DNA from: Paraspadella gotoi | Taxonomy: Eukaryota; Animalia; Chaetognatha | DNA: 63,878 nucleotides | Direction of reading: 5' to 3' | Assembly: GCA_051294375.1 (NCBI GenBank) | Contig: CM119267.1 | Coordinates: 1,646,268-1,710,145 of the forward strand | In this document: piece by piece, positions 23,353 through 38,700 of the stretch | Position numbering within the stretch: position 1 is the first letter of the stretch | Layout: every line of letters starts with the position of its first letter | Notes under the pieces: generated by a model | Databases searched by the model: none | What the model saw: only the letters and a program-made list of their open reading frames with translations | Told to the model about the DNA's origin: nothing | Made by a program: the position numbers and the translations under genes

Positions 23353-23984
23353 NNNNNNNNNNNNNNNNNNNNNNNNNNNNNNNNNNNNNNNNNNNNNNNN
23401 NNNNNNNNAAGGGAAAAAATGGCATAGAAAATATTGGGGCGAAAAAAAAGGGACAAAATAAGGAAGAACTATGGGCGAAAAAAAAAGGAAAAAAACACGG
23501 AAGAAAACTATAAGTGTTCAACTCCGCCGTTCGCTCCTGAATTCCATGGTGCGAAAGGCAGGCGGCTTGCATGAGATTTGATGCACCAGCCCCCCTTTTT
23601 TTTCGCCCCATAGTTTTCTTCCTTTTTTTCCCCTTTTTTTTCGCCCCATAGTTTTCTTCCTTTTTTTTAAGCACAATGTCCTTTTTGTCTTTTAAACCAC
23701 GAAATATTTTTTTTGGGGGATAATTTCGAATGGTCTGTTTGTTTGGTACCGAAAGGTAAATTTTTTATTAATAAATTTGAAAGTTTTCCGTCTGTGATAC
23801 CATTTTCTTATTTGTCTCACTGTCAACAAAGTCATTTCTTTGTCTCAAAATTTGTCTATGTCCCTTTCCTTGTCCAATGTTCTCTTTACTTTGTCCCCGA
23901 GTCCAAAATCACGTGATTTGACGTCAACAAATCCTTCACAACTTGACGCCTCAGGGGGAAAGAAGCTCTCTCTCTCTCTCTCTC

Positions 23985-26900
23985 GTCGTCTTTGTCTTCC
24001 TCGTCTTCGTCTTTCTCTCCGACATCCGGTCGCGTCAAGTGGCTTCGCCCCGCCCGGCGGGAGTCCTGCTGCAGTCGTCATTCGCCGTTGTGGTGTTGAA
24101 GACGAGGCTCGTCCCGATGAGTGGAGGGTAATGATTGAGTGCGTTGGACGTGGTTGGGTGTGGTTGGTAAGTCGCGAATCGTTTCTCTAATGTGGACAAA
24201 AAATCCCGACCAACGTTCCATCAGCATGGGCATTGGTTGCAGGAGCATAGTCTAAATTTGCCTCCCAACCCAAAAGGTCCGGAGATAGAATAAGCGACCA
24301 GGATAGAATTAAAATAGAATAAGAAAAAAAAATAATACTTGTTAAAATTTATTCCATAAAAAATTTAATTTTTCTTAAATAATAAAAATTACAAAGATTA
24401 TTGCTATTTTGTTGGAAGAAGCAGGTGCAAGTTAAGATCTAGTGGGCTGCAGCTAAAATTTATTTTAAATGTTCGTTTTTTTTCTTCACAAAAAGTTGTC
24501 CGTCTTGTAGAGCCCCTCTTAGTAGAAAATACTGGTGAAAGACTAAAAATTTTTAACTGGGACTAGTTCTTTTTGTTTTCAGAAGAAAATATTAAAACCT
24601 CTGAGTGCCGTATGGTACTTAAAATAAATTTTATTGCTATTTTGTTTTTTAAAAATGCTTCCTCGTTTTTACAGCCCATCTGGATTATTAAGACTAAAAC
24701 ATGTTAACAATTTTGCCTAGTGAAGATCTAGTGGGTACAAGGGGACAGCAGAGCCAAATTTCTATAGAAAGTAAAGGGAAAAATTGCTTCCATAGTTTAG
24801 AAGAAAGTAAGATACAAATCCTAGGTTAGGAGATAGTAAAAGTTAAGTAACCCGGAATCTTACCAATTAAACTATCAGCGGTCCCCGCGACGCTCACTTG
24901 TTTTCCCCTCTCTTTAGTTTCTGCTTCTTTCGATTCGCCCCGGCCAACCAAACGGAGATCGTTCCTCAACTACTCCTCTTACGGCGCCGAGTTCGTATTC
25001 AACGTCAAAGGTGAGGAGAAAACAAAGTAGCACTCATCAATCAAACATTAAATGAATCCATACAAATTATAAGCTGACTTATTGATTCAATGGTTAAAAT
25101 AAGCTAAAAAGTTATCTTAACATAATAACTTATGACTTATGCTATATATCAATCATATCAGTAAATGACAGAACGCAACATGAATGAATGACATGAATGT
25201 ATGAACTTCATTAATGAATAGAAATTGAATGATTTAACGAATGATTCAATCAATAAATCACCCAATCAATCAATCCAATAAAATCAAATCAATCAAATCA
25301 ATCAAATCAATCAAATCAATCAAATCAATCCAAATTCAAATCAATCAATCAGGTTTTGAGCGCGGGGTCACGATTTTCTTTTCACTCCTTCGCCTTCCCA
25401 AGTGTACCTTCCCATCGTCATCCTCTTTCTCTTCCTTCGTCGCGAATGGCCTTTATCACACTGGGAACGTGATGCCTTATACGTCATTAAAAAAGGTCGA
25501 CTTCATGTTATTATTTTTTAATTTCCTTAAATAGTTCTTAATGGAGTATACAGTGCTAAGACAAAATAACAATTGTTCGATATTTCGTTATATACGGTGC
25601 ATCTTTTTACCAAAACAAGCAGGAGAGTTTAGAGAGAGATAAAAGACTGAGAGAAATAACGACGAGCAGTGTATAGAATGACCCTAAAAGGGGTCGGCCC
25701 CGGCACTCCCGTTACAAGTCATTAAAATACCAGTTCTATGACAGTTATTTACGAACTTCAACTACTTACATACTTACATACAACCCGCCTGCACCTCGCT
25801 GCTGCCCGTGAAAATTCCTGAAAGCTGTTAGCTCTTAAGCAATGACTCGATACTCTTCTCCGTTACAACGACCCAGGTCTCTTGGGCGTGGCTTATGGCC
25901 CTGGCGCATGTGGCACAAACCACCGCGGCGCGAGATCCCTCGTCGCGCCGTCTCCAACGTCTTTCATCATCAGAGCGTACAGCGCCTCTCTGCTCATCCG
26001 GTCCCTTTCTCGGCGACATTGACCCCGATCCGAGATTCCACGCCGTCCTCACTTCCGCATGGCAGACGGTCGCCGGATCGACTCTCGCGCCTACATCGCG
26101 TTCGGCGTCGACCGCCTCTCATCTTCGCTGCGGCCTCCATCATGATATCCGCGCAGCGCGCCTTGGCAATGGCAAAGGTTTTATTTGGGCGGGGGCGGGC
26201 AGGTTGAGGGAGAGCGAGAACGTTCGGTGGGGGAGATCAAGGTGGGCAGGCTCCGTGAAATTATTTAATCGAATAGTGAAATTCAATTCTTTACAGAAGA
26301 AAAAAAAACGATTACTCTACGCACACACACAAAAATTTATTCCAATCCATCCCAAAGACTAGAGCGCCACGCATGAAACCCTACCTTTCCACGACCTACT
26401 CTACTTACCATACCATCGTAAAAAGCCTCCTTCTCCCTATCACTCCTCCATCCTTCATTCCTATCCTTACCCCTACCCTCCTTCATTCCTCTATCGCTTA
26501 CCCTACCCTCCTTCATCCTCTATCCTATACCCCTACCCTCCTGTCATCCTCTATCCTTAACCCTACCTCCTCATCCTTCTAGCCCTACTACCTCCTTCAC
26601 TCTATCCTTACCCCTACCCTGCCATGCTCCCAAATCGCCCCATTCAGCTTTTTCTACCGGAAACGAAAAGTCCTCGACGACCTCGCCGATCGGTTTGAGG
26701 CATATGATTCCAGCAGTCCCTACGAGCAGACATCCTGGAGGCGCGTCGACGGGCCGCCTCGAACGCGGTGGCGCTCGTCGCCGGCATCGCCGCCAATCTC
26801 ATAGCCTTCATCTCTCTAGTCGCCTTCGCCAACGCCGACCTCCTGCAAGTAAGATGTTTTGCTTGTTGTTGTAAGGTCTATCTCCCTGCCTTCTCTTCTG

Positions 26901-29900
26901 TTCAATCCTTCTCCTGGTTTCCTATTCCTTCTTCTTCCTCCTCCTCCTCCTCTTCCCTCCTCCTCCATTCCGACGCACGAGAGTCTTCAATCCTGCCTCC
27001 CTCCTCCTCCTTCGCAGCATACTTCGCGAACTGGTGGAGTCCGCGAGGTCCTCTCGTGACCCAAGAACTCAGCCTCAATCTCGCTCGTCGGCTACCGCCT
27101 TCAGCGCCCTTCGCCTGGCTGATGGGCGTGGCCTGGACCGACTGTCGCCTGGATCGGCGAAACTCGTGGGGCGTTCAAGACGTCGTGCTAACGAAGTCGT
27201 CGCCTTGCCTAGGATTGGGGAAGTTGAAGTCGGACCAGAGATGTGGAACGCAGATGGAGTCTGGGCGGCCTGAGCGGGCTTGGGACTTGGGCTGGGCGAT
27301 AATTGAGGTGGGTGGAGAGGAATTTGGAGGAGATATGCTGTGTTTACAATTGATGATGGCTGGAATCTCGAATTAGCTATCTAGCGTCGAAGACTTAGTG
27401 CTCAGTCATCCGCTACTCATTCGGGACGGGCAAAGGGTTGAAAAATAGAAGTTCCACAGCAATATTAGACTTATTGGTAAATGGACTTGTGAGAGGAATA
27501 TGAAGTTGAAAATAGCTTTTAATATTTACTCTGTAGAAGATAATGCACACCGGAGCAACCATATTTCTATATAACAGCTAAATTTTTCCAAAACATTCTG
27601 TAGTTTTTTTTTTACATAGATCTTTGATTAAAGCATTTAAAAATTAGATTAAGGTTATCTATTATTCACTAACTTAATAAGTTAGGCATAAGCGTTATTA
27701 TTACAGCTTAAAAGTTAAGATTAGAAGTGTATTGATTACAATGTAAAAGTTAGATTTAAGGTAGTATCATCTTACTTAAATTAGGATGCCCGTTAAAGTA
27801 AAGTTAGGATGTTTATTAAGAAGCGTAATAATTGAAGGTTACAACGGTTGAAGGGAGAAAGTAGTATTAAGGGTGTTATTATATTAATCAACTTAAGAAA
27901 TAGTTAGCAATTTACAAAATAGAAGCATTATTATTATACAACTTAAAACAAACGAAACAAAAAAGCACAAACCATTCGCCAATTTTCCTCACCGATTCAG
28001 AATACACCTACCTGGAGACGCGATCTCTGCATCGAGCTGGCGGCTGTCTCCAAGACGTCTCCGTCTCTCTTCTCTCTCTTCAACGACTCCCTCGCTTCCT
28101 CTCTCCGCCATTTCGCTACCATGCGCTCGGAGAGTACCATTCGCGAACCTACCGCCCTCGTAGTGTCGTTTGGATTCTCGTCAAAGACTTTTCCTCCGAC
28201 GGCGGCTTCATGATCGGCGCCCCTCGGCGGGCGCTGGCACCGCGCCCGGGCCCTGCGGTACGTAAGCGCACGATCGTCCCTTCGACCATGATCACTGGGG
28301 AACGCTGGTCCTGCTTTCGTCCACGGCTCAATCGCGGTGGCTGGCTGCTGGGAGAAGGAAGGAGGAGGAGAGGGAAGAGTGGAAATGAGGAGAGTGGTGA
28401 GAGAGAGGAGAACATGGAGGGACGAGGCGAGAAGGGACCGAGAGGAGGCGAGATGAGGAGGGAGACGAGGGGAGGGTGGAGTGCTGGGAGATTTAGGGTG
28501 TGAGACGAGAGGCTTGAGAGGAGGGAAAGAGGGGAGGGAGAGGGAGACACGACGGGTGAGGCAATAATAGAATTTGCTATGTTCGTTGTGAAGATTAAAG
28601 TCCACAGCAAAGGACGAAGATGGTGGTCCATTCGGAACTAAATTTATTGACTAAATTTTTACATAAAGGAAAAAACGTCAACCGGGATTCCGGTGAAAAC
28701 GGTATTCAAAGAGGAGGAGATTCTGGAAACTAAGGTATCTGAGAAGTAGAGTCGTCAGCGGATGCAGGATTGGTAGTGGAACTTATACTCTGCGAGGAGA
28801 GTCTTCTTTCTTCGTCGATGCTCCTCTTCTCTCTTCCCTCCTTCTCGTCCCCCGAATTGAGGGAGAGGTGAGGGAACGCTTCTGGCTGAACGTAGCATAT
28901 TCATCAATGAAGCTGAAGAAATGGAATCCGTGGAACTTTCTCTCTCTGCAAGTTTACTACTTTCTCGTCATTCTTCCCTCCTCCATTACGGTTAAGCTAC
29001 ATATAGCCACTCGAATGTTGTATACATCGTCCCTCTGGGTCGGCCAAAGAGACTGCCGTCACCTTCTATTCTAGTACAGTTCACAAAAGTCCTTATCCTT
29101 CGGTTTTTTTTCTTATGCCTAGTGCTCCGGTTCGCTGGTTTGGTTTATAAGTTAAAGAATATTAACCCCAGGTATAGAACTACCGGAGCAGGTCTTGAAG
29201 TTACAAACAATCGCATATCTTATATTTTTAACAAATATATCAAAAACAAATACTCCATTAGAATTTCAGCTTAACCTTATACAAGTCCTCGACTTTCCTT
29301 GTGTTTCTCACAAGTCACTCTGTCTCAATTATGGAAGCGCGATCATCCTGTTCTCCATCCGATTGCGCAGATCACCCCACCTCCGCCTTTCCTGCTTGAA
29401 TGTAGGAGCTGCTTTCTCCGCTCCAGCAGGTTCTATCTCATTTCCGGCCACGAGAGCTCCTCAGAAATACAAACCAGAGAGTCCACCCATAGACGAGTTT
29501 ATATTTCACGCAATTCCTTGAAAATGGCACCCAAAAAATCACAGACCTCGCCCCACACCCAGCCCTTCCCTGCCCCACCGCTGAGATTCACCACCCGGCC
29601 AACCCTACGACACGCACGCCCCGTTACACCCACCAACCTACACCCAAATTTGTACCGCCCGCGACTCGTGCCGGAGAAGACTTCCTCCCTTTACCGTCAG
29701 AGTGCCCCATCCCCTTTCCCGCCGCATCCCGCGCCACCTAACGCGGACCTGGCAGCCCGAGGAATACCCGGCCCCCGCCATGAGGCCGGCCGCGAGCGCG
29801 CTCAGGCTGGCCACGTGCTGAGTCCGAGTGAGAGCAATTTGTTTAGTATAAGTGTTGCCAATTCGGCATGAACGTATTTTATTGCCATGAACTGAGAAAT

Positions 29901-32900
29901 GGAAATCTCGAGTATTGCACCTGAATTCTTTTTATGATGGCGATTGAATTTGGGGCATTTGGATGAGATGGGCATACTTTTTTTATAGGTTAAGAGAAAT
30001 AAAATGAGGATTATGATGCATGGATGATTGTAAGAATAGTAAAATTCCAGAGAAAATAGATTCGGTGCAGATCAGATATATGCTTAATATCGCTTGGGGT
30101 ATAGAGCTTCGGATTTCTGGGGGAGAAGATTTGGTTGTACAAAAATTGGATGGTAGGCCGCAACAAACAAAGCAGAACACAAGAACGATATGCTTTAGAT
30201 TTGTGGTGCTTCTAGATGCAATGACATCATCAATGCAAATGTAAGGTAAAATAAAAAAACTTCAGAATAATTATGGTTCTTACTGTGTCTGTATGAACTA
30301 ATTAAACTCTGCAGATAAGTTCCGATCTAACCGGATCGATAAATTTTGGTTTATTTCGCCTCTGCTATTACCAGATAGTTTCAATCTTTAACGTAAGTAC
30401 AAAGTGACCACGAAATAGACTATCAATATATATGGTTAATTTGAAACTATTTTTAATTTAGTATTATTTCTTCTATACACGTTTTATCTATGTTATAGTT
30501 AATATTTTAAATCATTAAGCCATTTAACTATGTGTGATATAAAATTAAAGCTGAAGTGTCAGCTAGTAAATAATAAACTTATTAGCACAAGTAACTTTTA
30601 ATCAGGGAGGTTTTGAGTGTTTTCCCTCTGTTGATATTTTACTTTTTTTTTTCCGTACACATTCACCGAGACGAATTCAAGGAATCACAATCAAAGATTC
30701 ATTGGGATCGTTTATTAATAATTCTGTATAGTCTCTCAGAGAAGTGAGGATGAAATTATATTTTAGAGTTAGCAAGCTTTTCTCTTTATTATATTCTTTA
30801 TTGTTGTGATTCCATTGTCAGAGTACAAGGACTCTGTACCGTTAAACGAGGGCCGGGAATGTGACGTCGACCAATGGTCGCCAATGGTTTAATCTCAACC
30901 AAGTGATCTCAAGACCGTCTGGCTTGGAGGTTACTATGACGACCTGGCAGACCAACATAGTCGGCGGGCAAAATGCAATTTTTGCAAATTAACTTCGGCT
31001 AAAGTCCAAAGATTAATAATACTATGTGAATACTTCGCATGTTATGGTTATTCAATTTTAATAATGATAAATGTTCCACGGCATCCAAGATAGCTGTGCA
31101 GATCTTTTTGAGATCTCAATTGATACTGAACTTAAGCTGGTTTACTTTTTAATTCAGTTTTAAATTGATTTTAATGTAATTGTGTGTGAGAAAAATGCCA
31201 ACAGAAGGACCCGCGCGCAGTTGAAAGGAAGAAATTTCGGAGTTCGTGGTGCTCTGGCGTCACGTTTCGAGAGGTTGTCATATTTACCGTCGGTCATCGG
31301 GCATAGATAGTATCGTCTTACGACGTCGTCATTGTCATCGTCTATCATCTTCGCATAACAGGATCGTCGGCCACTCTCCTCCTCAAGATTTCAACACCAA
31401 CCGGAAGCTCAACCTTCGCTCGCTGGTGCATGCCATGAGTCATTGGCGCAGTGCAATGGGGCAATTAACCTGGTGGCAGTCGCAACAACAGTCCGAAATA
31501 CTATATACACCTATAACTGAACAGTCTAATCGTACGCAATCAATCGAGTGCTGAGTTAACGTTTTTCTGTGGGAGAGATAGAAAATTTTCTGGGAGTGAA
31601 TGTGGAGCTGCGAATTATCCAAGTATGATTTGGTGATTTTACTACGAAGTTGTAAATTCGTGAAGAGAATAAAAATTTTCCCCCCCCCCGTTATCTCGCA
31701 TTACTGAATCGAGATGCTATGTACCGAGAAAAGTAACCGAGTGGGAAAAGCTCCTATCGCCCATAAGAGCCGGATGACAATAAGATATCTTCATATGGAG
31801 TCAGCCACGGACCGCATGTACAGTTACTGAATGGACCGATGACGCTCACTCGAACGAGCAGATTCGCAACATATGTCGAAAGTTCCGTTAGTCCGGTAAC
31901 TACCTCCGGAGAAACTCGACGGAAGGAAACGACGACGAACGCGAGCATAGCAGACGTAGCGGCTCACGGTTTGATCGGAAGAAAGATGTGTGCCACGACT
32001 CACGCGAGATGAGCACGTAGAAGATTGACGGCTCACGCTGTGAGAAGACAATCCGAAGAGCTCCTTCTACTTTCTGCGAAAGCTCTGTGTATTTTTTATA
32101 GGTTCGGGCACTTATTTGATCCATTCTCCCTAAGGGACATACACTCGTCGTCGCAGAGTACGTCATCTGGCATCGAGGAAGACGAAGCGCTCGAAGGTCG
32201 AAGAGCCTAGGAAAAGTATGGTACAGAGGATCACGTTCCCAAGAAAAACGCGATTGACAAAGATAGTTACGAAAAGGCAACCCGATCAAGACAAAATGCT
32301 TTAGTTCAGTCTTGCCACAAAGCTTGGCTGCAAAAAATCATTACATCCTGGAACTCTTTAAGTGATATATCTCCTTTTTTGCAACTGCTAATTGGCCATC
32401 GTGTAGATTTTGAGGTCCAAGTTATTCTCTTTGATTTTTTCGCTGAATTCAATTTCCTCACGTGCTATTATATTTTCTTCTTTCCAATATTTAGCAAACA
32501 ATGTCGGAATCTGGAAACTTTCTCATTTTGATTTCTTTTTACATTGCTATCGAAAATTAATATCGTCTGACCTGATTATGCAAATCTGTATTTTTGTTTG
32601 CTCGATATTTTATCTTCGGAAATCTAGACATTTATTCTCACAGATTCTCTTTTATTTATTTGCGGACAGATTCCATGTTGCGCATACACATCAGTTTTAA
32701 TTATTTCTTGTAGCATTCGGCACTAAATTTCAGTGCAGCTATCGATATTGAGCGAGTACCCGAAACAATACTGGCTTTTACTGCTGCGCTCAAACAACAA
32801 GCAAACAAGAAAAATGCTTGGAATAAAATATCCTAGCCTTCTAATAATGTAGAGCTCGATCCAGAGCCGGCAACGCATACTTCGGACATCCCGCCTCTAC

Positions 32901-35712
32901 ACGAAAATTTTTCAAACACCTCTGACACTGGGGAAATTGGACCGTCACAGCGCCCTTATTTAAACGGAGCACACCAAGAGTTTACTGTTCATTAGATCTC
33001 TAGGAGGGATCGAATTTAAATGAAAGGTAATAAAATTTTTTACTTCCATGTTATTGTATCAGGCAGTTTAGTTTCGCCGCCCTATAAAGCTAACGGGCTG
33101 GCATCTTATTTGGAATATGTGAGACTTCTTCTCCCTCTCTCTACTCTGGACATCGTCTCTCTCTCTTCGATCCTTTTTTTTCCTCCTACTTCTCATTTCT
33201 CTCTCTCTCTTCTCTGTCCTCATGCATTCCTCCATTTACTAACTTATCATGCTTCGTTTAGCCGGCGCACCTCTTCCTCCTCTACTCTCTCGCAACTATA
33301 TCCCCTCTGGACTATTCTCCCTTGCGCGTACATCCTTGTCGTCTGCAACATCTTCCAACCACTCTGGCGAATTACCGGTACATGGCAGGCATAACAAGGA
33401 GAGAATGGACCGACTGCGTCAGTTTCCTGTGGTAGTAATAAGCGACATAATCTGTCATGACCAGAGTGCGACCAAAAGATGCCCGGCGCGTTTGTCATGA
33501 TTCCTATGGTGCTCTAGACCCGCTCGACACGAACTGGGGGATCAGGAAATAACTGGGCGGACTTTATGGATCAAATTTAAAACAACTGCTCGCTTCGTCA
33601 TGAGGTTCATTTTTTCCTTGTTTTCTCTCTGCGGATTTTTTTCGGGCCCCATAGATTTGTCTCCTCTCCCTTATCTCATAAAGAGTCACTGAATGTCCAT
33701 TATAAATGATCTATATGAACCGACGAAATATTTTTTTTTTCTTCTCCAGGTGATTGGCACTGTTTTACGGAGATGTTTAATTTCTCGGCTTGTAGCCTGC
33801 GTCTAGTTGCCCCGCCCGTATTTTAATTTTTGTGATGGAAGTCGCGTAACCAACTTTTATAAACTTTTTTAGATAATAACGGCCAGTTCTTATTTAGGTA
33901 TTATACAAATGTGTAACTTCGATTCTCGCGAGCACCGGAGTTATGACGAATACTCTTACTGGGGAGCTAAACTGCAGCCTCATTCGAGGTAAAGTAGTCA
34001 AATTCAAAAACTGTCCATTATTGGCTGTAAGCCAGATATATCTTTCTCGAAGCTAGCCCGATTATCGACGTTTGAGTTTCGCCTGTTTTTGGAATGCCTT
34101 TAACGTAACAAGGTATAACTACAAGAAATGAGTTATTATCGTCTTCCTCTTATATAGTTACGTTGCCTGTTAGAGAAAGTGTTTCCAAGCAGGGTATCAT
34201 CGAATGTAGTTCTTCTTACATGAATGTTTTTATGATAATTGACCCACGATTCTGGATAAAATCTCTACTTTAATCAATTTTCAGCTTGTGTTTCTTCTCT
34301 AAACTGTCAAAACCGAAGATTATAAGGTCATCTCTGATACATAATACGAAGGGAACAACAACGTTTCAGCAATTTTTTTTCCTTAGAACTATAGCGCCGG
34401 ATATATTCGCCACGGAAGGTCGCCACTGTTCTTCTCTCACTTATCGACCCGAACCGATGTGCTCTGCACGGTGGTCGCTGACAAACGTGCAGTCGCATCG
34501 GTTACGAGAGGGCACCTGTCCTCGCTACAGAACGCCCCCGCTCCCTCCAACCGCAAGAAGACAGCGTTACGGAATACATTAATCTTTTCGACGGTACGGT
34601 TCGACATCAAGGCATTTTGAACAGCTGTTGTGAGCAACGCCCATACAGTTGCGCAGTGATGACCCCTGGCGCCACTCGCTATACAGGTAAAGCCAATAAC
34701 TATTCTTCGGGTATATTGAACACTTTTAAAAACAGTTAATGCTTTTTTCTAAAGGATCCTTGCCATCTGTTGAACCCATAAGCGGGTCCGTCTTCCGAGA
34801 GTTTCTCGAATTCTTTCACGACGTACGCTTTCTTTCCAAAACTCCCGCAGGTAAAACTGTCCTTCCGAAATGCTGGATATGAATCCGATAATTTTACATC
34901 AGTTCCTATCTTAGTTGTCCCCCAACCGATTCCGGCCCTACTAAACACCTCTCTCAACAATGCTTTAAAACGCGCTTCCCACTTGCAATTCACTCGTCTA
35001 AAACGTCACTGGCCACGCTCGAGATATTTCTATCACGTTTAAACTCGGCCGAGGCGTAGCAAGCTTCAAGGAAAAGCTTTCGCGTGCCCTCCACCCATTT
35101 TGTTCTATGCTCCCTCCCTTGTCCAATGTTCTCTTAACTTTGTCGCCGCGCAGCCGTCCGAAGTTCGGGTGCCTCAAATCTTCCGGGATCTCAAATCTCC
35201 CCTCGGCCCTAAATACCACCGACACGTTGCGGAACAATTCTCACCTTCTTCTTTTTGTTCCAAAAACTTATATTATAAAAATAGTACTCGCCTGAATACT
35301 TTTACTCTTGCATCAACCAACAAATTTACAGAATTCTCCGCTCATTAAACAACTACGTACACATCATCTTTACCAGGAGCAGCGTCATGACGATCGCGAA
35401 ACAAGCGGCCCGCCTAACAGGCATGGGCCCGCAGGTCAGTTCGTCGCTATCGACCCCGGCAACGGAAAGATGCCTTTATAGGCTGAGGATTAGGCACGCT
35501 GCCATATGGGCACCGGGCCCCGTGTCCCTCTCCGCCATCCGAACAAAAACGGGCAATACTTTGCCGCCTCCATCGAAACTTGACTAAGATTGCTACCCAA
35601 CCCTCTCCGGTCTCTTCTCCTCTTCGGTCCGGCTCTCGTCTCTCGTCTCTCTCGTCTCTGCTACTGCGTCTCTCTCTCGTCTCTGCTTCTCTCTGCGTCT
35701 CTCTCTGCTTTC
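23985..35712 (+). other. Tandem re-copy of ~16858-23950 (SLC28 mid-exon 3 to 3' flank), increasingly insertion-riddled; probable raw-read gap-fill artefact
   Basis: SLC28 exons recur at ~23985-24115, 24918-25010, 25353-25495, 25878-26177, 26648-26848, 27018-27270 and 28001-28360 with near-identical introns. Differences are mostly 1-nt insertions. The block ends at a 25-N gap. Confidence 0.85.
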
Positions 35713-35737
35713 NNNNNNNNNNNNNNNNNNNNNNNNN

Positions 35738-38700
35738 GTCTCTCTCTCTCTCTCCTCACTCTGCTTCTTCTCTCTCTCTCATCTCTCGCCTCTCTCTCTC
35801 TCTCTCCTTTCGCTATCGAGCGTTATCTACTGTCATGCTCACTTTCGTGCGGCTCTCTGTATATGTCGTTCCTCATCGTCGTGGTTCGCTGCAGAGGCGT
35901 GCGTACTGCTTTTATTTCTGACTTGGAATCATACGAGCAGCATGCTGAGTATTGTGTCCTGCTCAGTCGCCTTCTCTCAGATCCTCTCGTATAGAGAGAG
36001 CAATGTTTCAGTATACAGATTGTAGCCGGACTCCCCATTCTTTGCTCGCTTTCCGTCCAGGTAGAGAAAGGAGCGCTGCAGTTATAGCTAATCGATCCCG
36101 CTCAGTGCAATGGATGCAGTACTGCAGTTAGCGAGAGAAGGAGCGTGAGATCGCTATGAGAGCTGTCGCGAACAGAGTGACGTAGTAAGATGTGCGCTGA
36201 AACGCGGTGTCAGATGTTGACTGCCGCCAAGGTGGACTCAGGGCGCAGGCAGAACTGATTGCGAGGAGCGTGTGACGCTGGAGGTCTGTGGTGCGTGGGA
36301 GGCCGGATATGGGGGAGACAGACGATCGAAGGATGATGAAGGTATGAATCGTACAGACGCGTGTCGACGACGAGTACAGATTAGCGATGAACGGACACTA
36401 GACAACGACGACGAGCAAAGACGAACTCGAGGAATATGTACCTTTAGTTCACAACTGTGTCTTTTTGTTTCACAAAACTCCGCTTAGTTCATTAATGACT
36501 CAAACAGATGACGTCTTGGATCGTGATTTAAAAATTAACAAAAGAACGTGTCGTTTCTTTTTAAAATATTTGAATTCGCGATTATTTGTAAACGGTTGAT
36601 CTTTTATAACTGCGACTCATGGCCCTCGACCCGTCTCATTAAAAATAAATCTAATCTAAAAATTTAATTTCTCTCACTTTGAGAGACTATAATAAATAAT
36701 AACTAGAATTTTGATTGTATTTTGGGTGAAAAAAAAAATTCGTGCAAAAACTCTCTCTTTTATCCGTTTGCTGTTGGTAAGAAGTAAGGAAGGAACGGAT
36801 GAGTAATGAAGATGACTGTACATTAAGATAGTAATTGTTGTCTTTGCATGTTAAACGCATTGTTGGTCTAGGAAGGGGGAGGGATGCTTTTCTATGTTTA
36901 ACTTGAGATTAGAGGAGGATGTTGAAGAAATGAACCGGATGCTGTTGATGAGGTATCATACGTGAAAACTGCGAGATAGAGAGCTTAGATGATTATCTGA
37001 GATAGTTCATAACAGTAACCATTCGAAGTGATTTTATTGATAACAGGTTGTACTATTGAGAGCGTGTCCTTAGGGACTGAGCGCACGCAGGAACTCAAGG
37101 TCTAGATTTTGGCGCAAGTTGATAGGTGTTTAGTCGATCGTAGTGGTAAGGACCGTAAGGGGTCGTAGAATATCTACAGGTAGAAATGATGTCGTTCAGT
37201 CTTCCTCAGAGTGAGACCATGATTCCAAGGCTAAGGAGTTCGGCGCGTTTTTGTCATCGATATCTCATTGCAGCCTTCATCCATGCGGAAGATGGCGTCA
37301 GCTGCATGAGCCTGAGTGTATCTTCACTGATCTCCATCCTACTCAGTTCATCAGTTCATAGACAGTCAATCGATCACTAAGTTCATACATGCATGCTGAT
37401 GCTATCGATCCATCTCGATGTGTTATTCGTCGCCTCGACTAGAGAGCGCAGCCTGATGGACAGGACGCCAGGGAGTCTTCGAGAGGCCGCCGTGCGGGCT
37501 CGAGGCTCAAGTGCGACGCACGGTGTGCTGGGGCTGGCCACCAAGGCTCCGCGATGCACGGTGGCCTGCTGTGATCCAGAGGTAAAGGGGGATCGGGAGT
37601 GCTTGGGTAAGCGGGAGGACGGGAAGTCTTCTTGAGCAGGAGGTGCCGAGCGGCAGTGGATAAGGTGATGGTGGAAGCGGGGCGGGCAGGCGCGAGTATC
37701 GGATGGTGGATAGCTATCACGGGAGAGGGAGTGGATGTGTGTATCATGTGAAGGTGGGGATCGTGAATGTGGTGTAGTGCTCGAGGTGATTTCATATAAG
37801 TGAATACATATATAGAAGCTATTGACTCCGATGTATTTGAAGCTACACCTTTGTGCATATTGAATGACGGATGTACGACGTGCGTATATAATAAAGTGAT
37901 GAGACAGATGCTATGACCATGTCAGGGTATCTCTCCAAACGAAAAGAGATGTTCAATTAGACAATGGATTAATGAAAAAAGGAAAAAAATTAATCATAAG
38001 TTGACAATGAAGATAATTTTTTGTTATGAGTCATATATGCTTAGTTAAAATAACACTATGACCGAGTTCACATCAGTCAGAGAGGTGGATTATTATAGCC
38101 ACCGAGAGCAGCGATAAAAAAAAAAACCAAGTAAATTGTAGACGAGCACTGAACTAATAACTTGAGAGAGACTGATATATGTGAAACAAACTTCGTGTCT
38201 CGTTTTGCATCAAGTGAATGAAGAAGAATGAACAGAGCAGTGATAGAACTGCGAGGCGAAGTGAGTCCCTTCACGGCATTAACTCCGTTTTCTATCATCT
38301 CTTCCCTCCCTCTACCCTTCGAGGACACCACTGTCCCTCTCTCGCAATTCCCTGTTCCTCCTGCCCTTCGCTCTCGATCTCATTCCACGATGACTTCATG
38401 CCGTGAGTCACCAGGTGTGCCTCTCACAGTAGTAGAGAGGAATACAGATCCCAATCCAGCCTCCTCACTCCCTCTACCCTCGCGCTCATTGTACCCGCTC
38501 AACTCTCGATCCCTCTCGGTCTCACACCCATAAGTCCTGCTCCTACGCGCACTTCACACTCGTCGAACCCGCTCTGACATCATACTCCCTGCCCTCTTTC
38601 GTTCACGCTCTATACCCTCTTCTCTCCCACTCTAACTCGCCTCGGCGAGCTGTAAGTCACTCCGTCCTCTCTCGCCATCTCTCATCCTCCCTCTCCGATA

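Noticed and set aside
31600-36400. Novel unique genes in high-complexity sequence
   Set aside because: The region contains recognisable fragments of 22900-23950 diluted by insertions, consistent with low-quality read ends.
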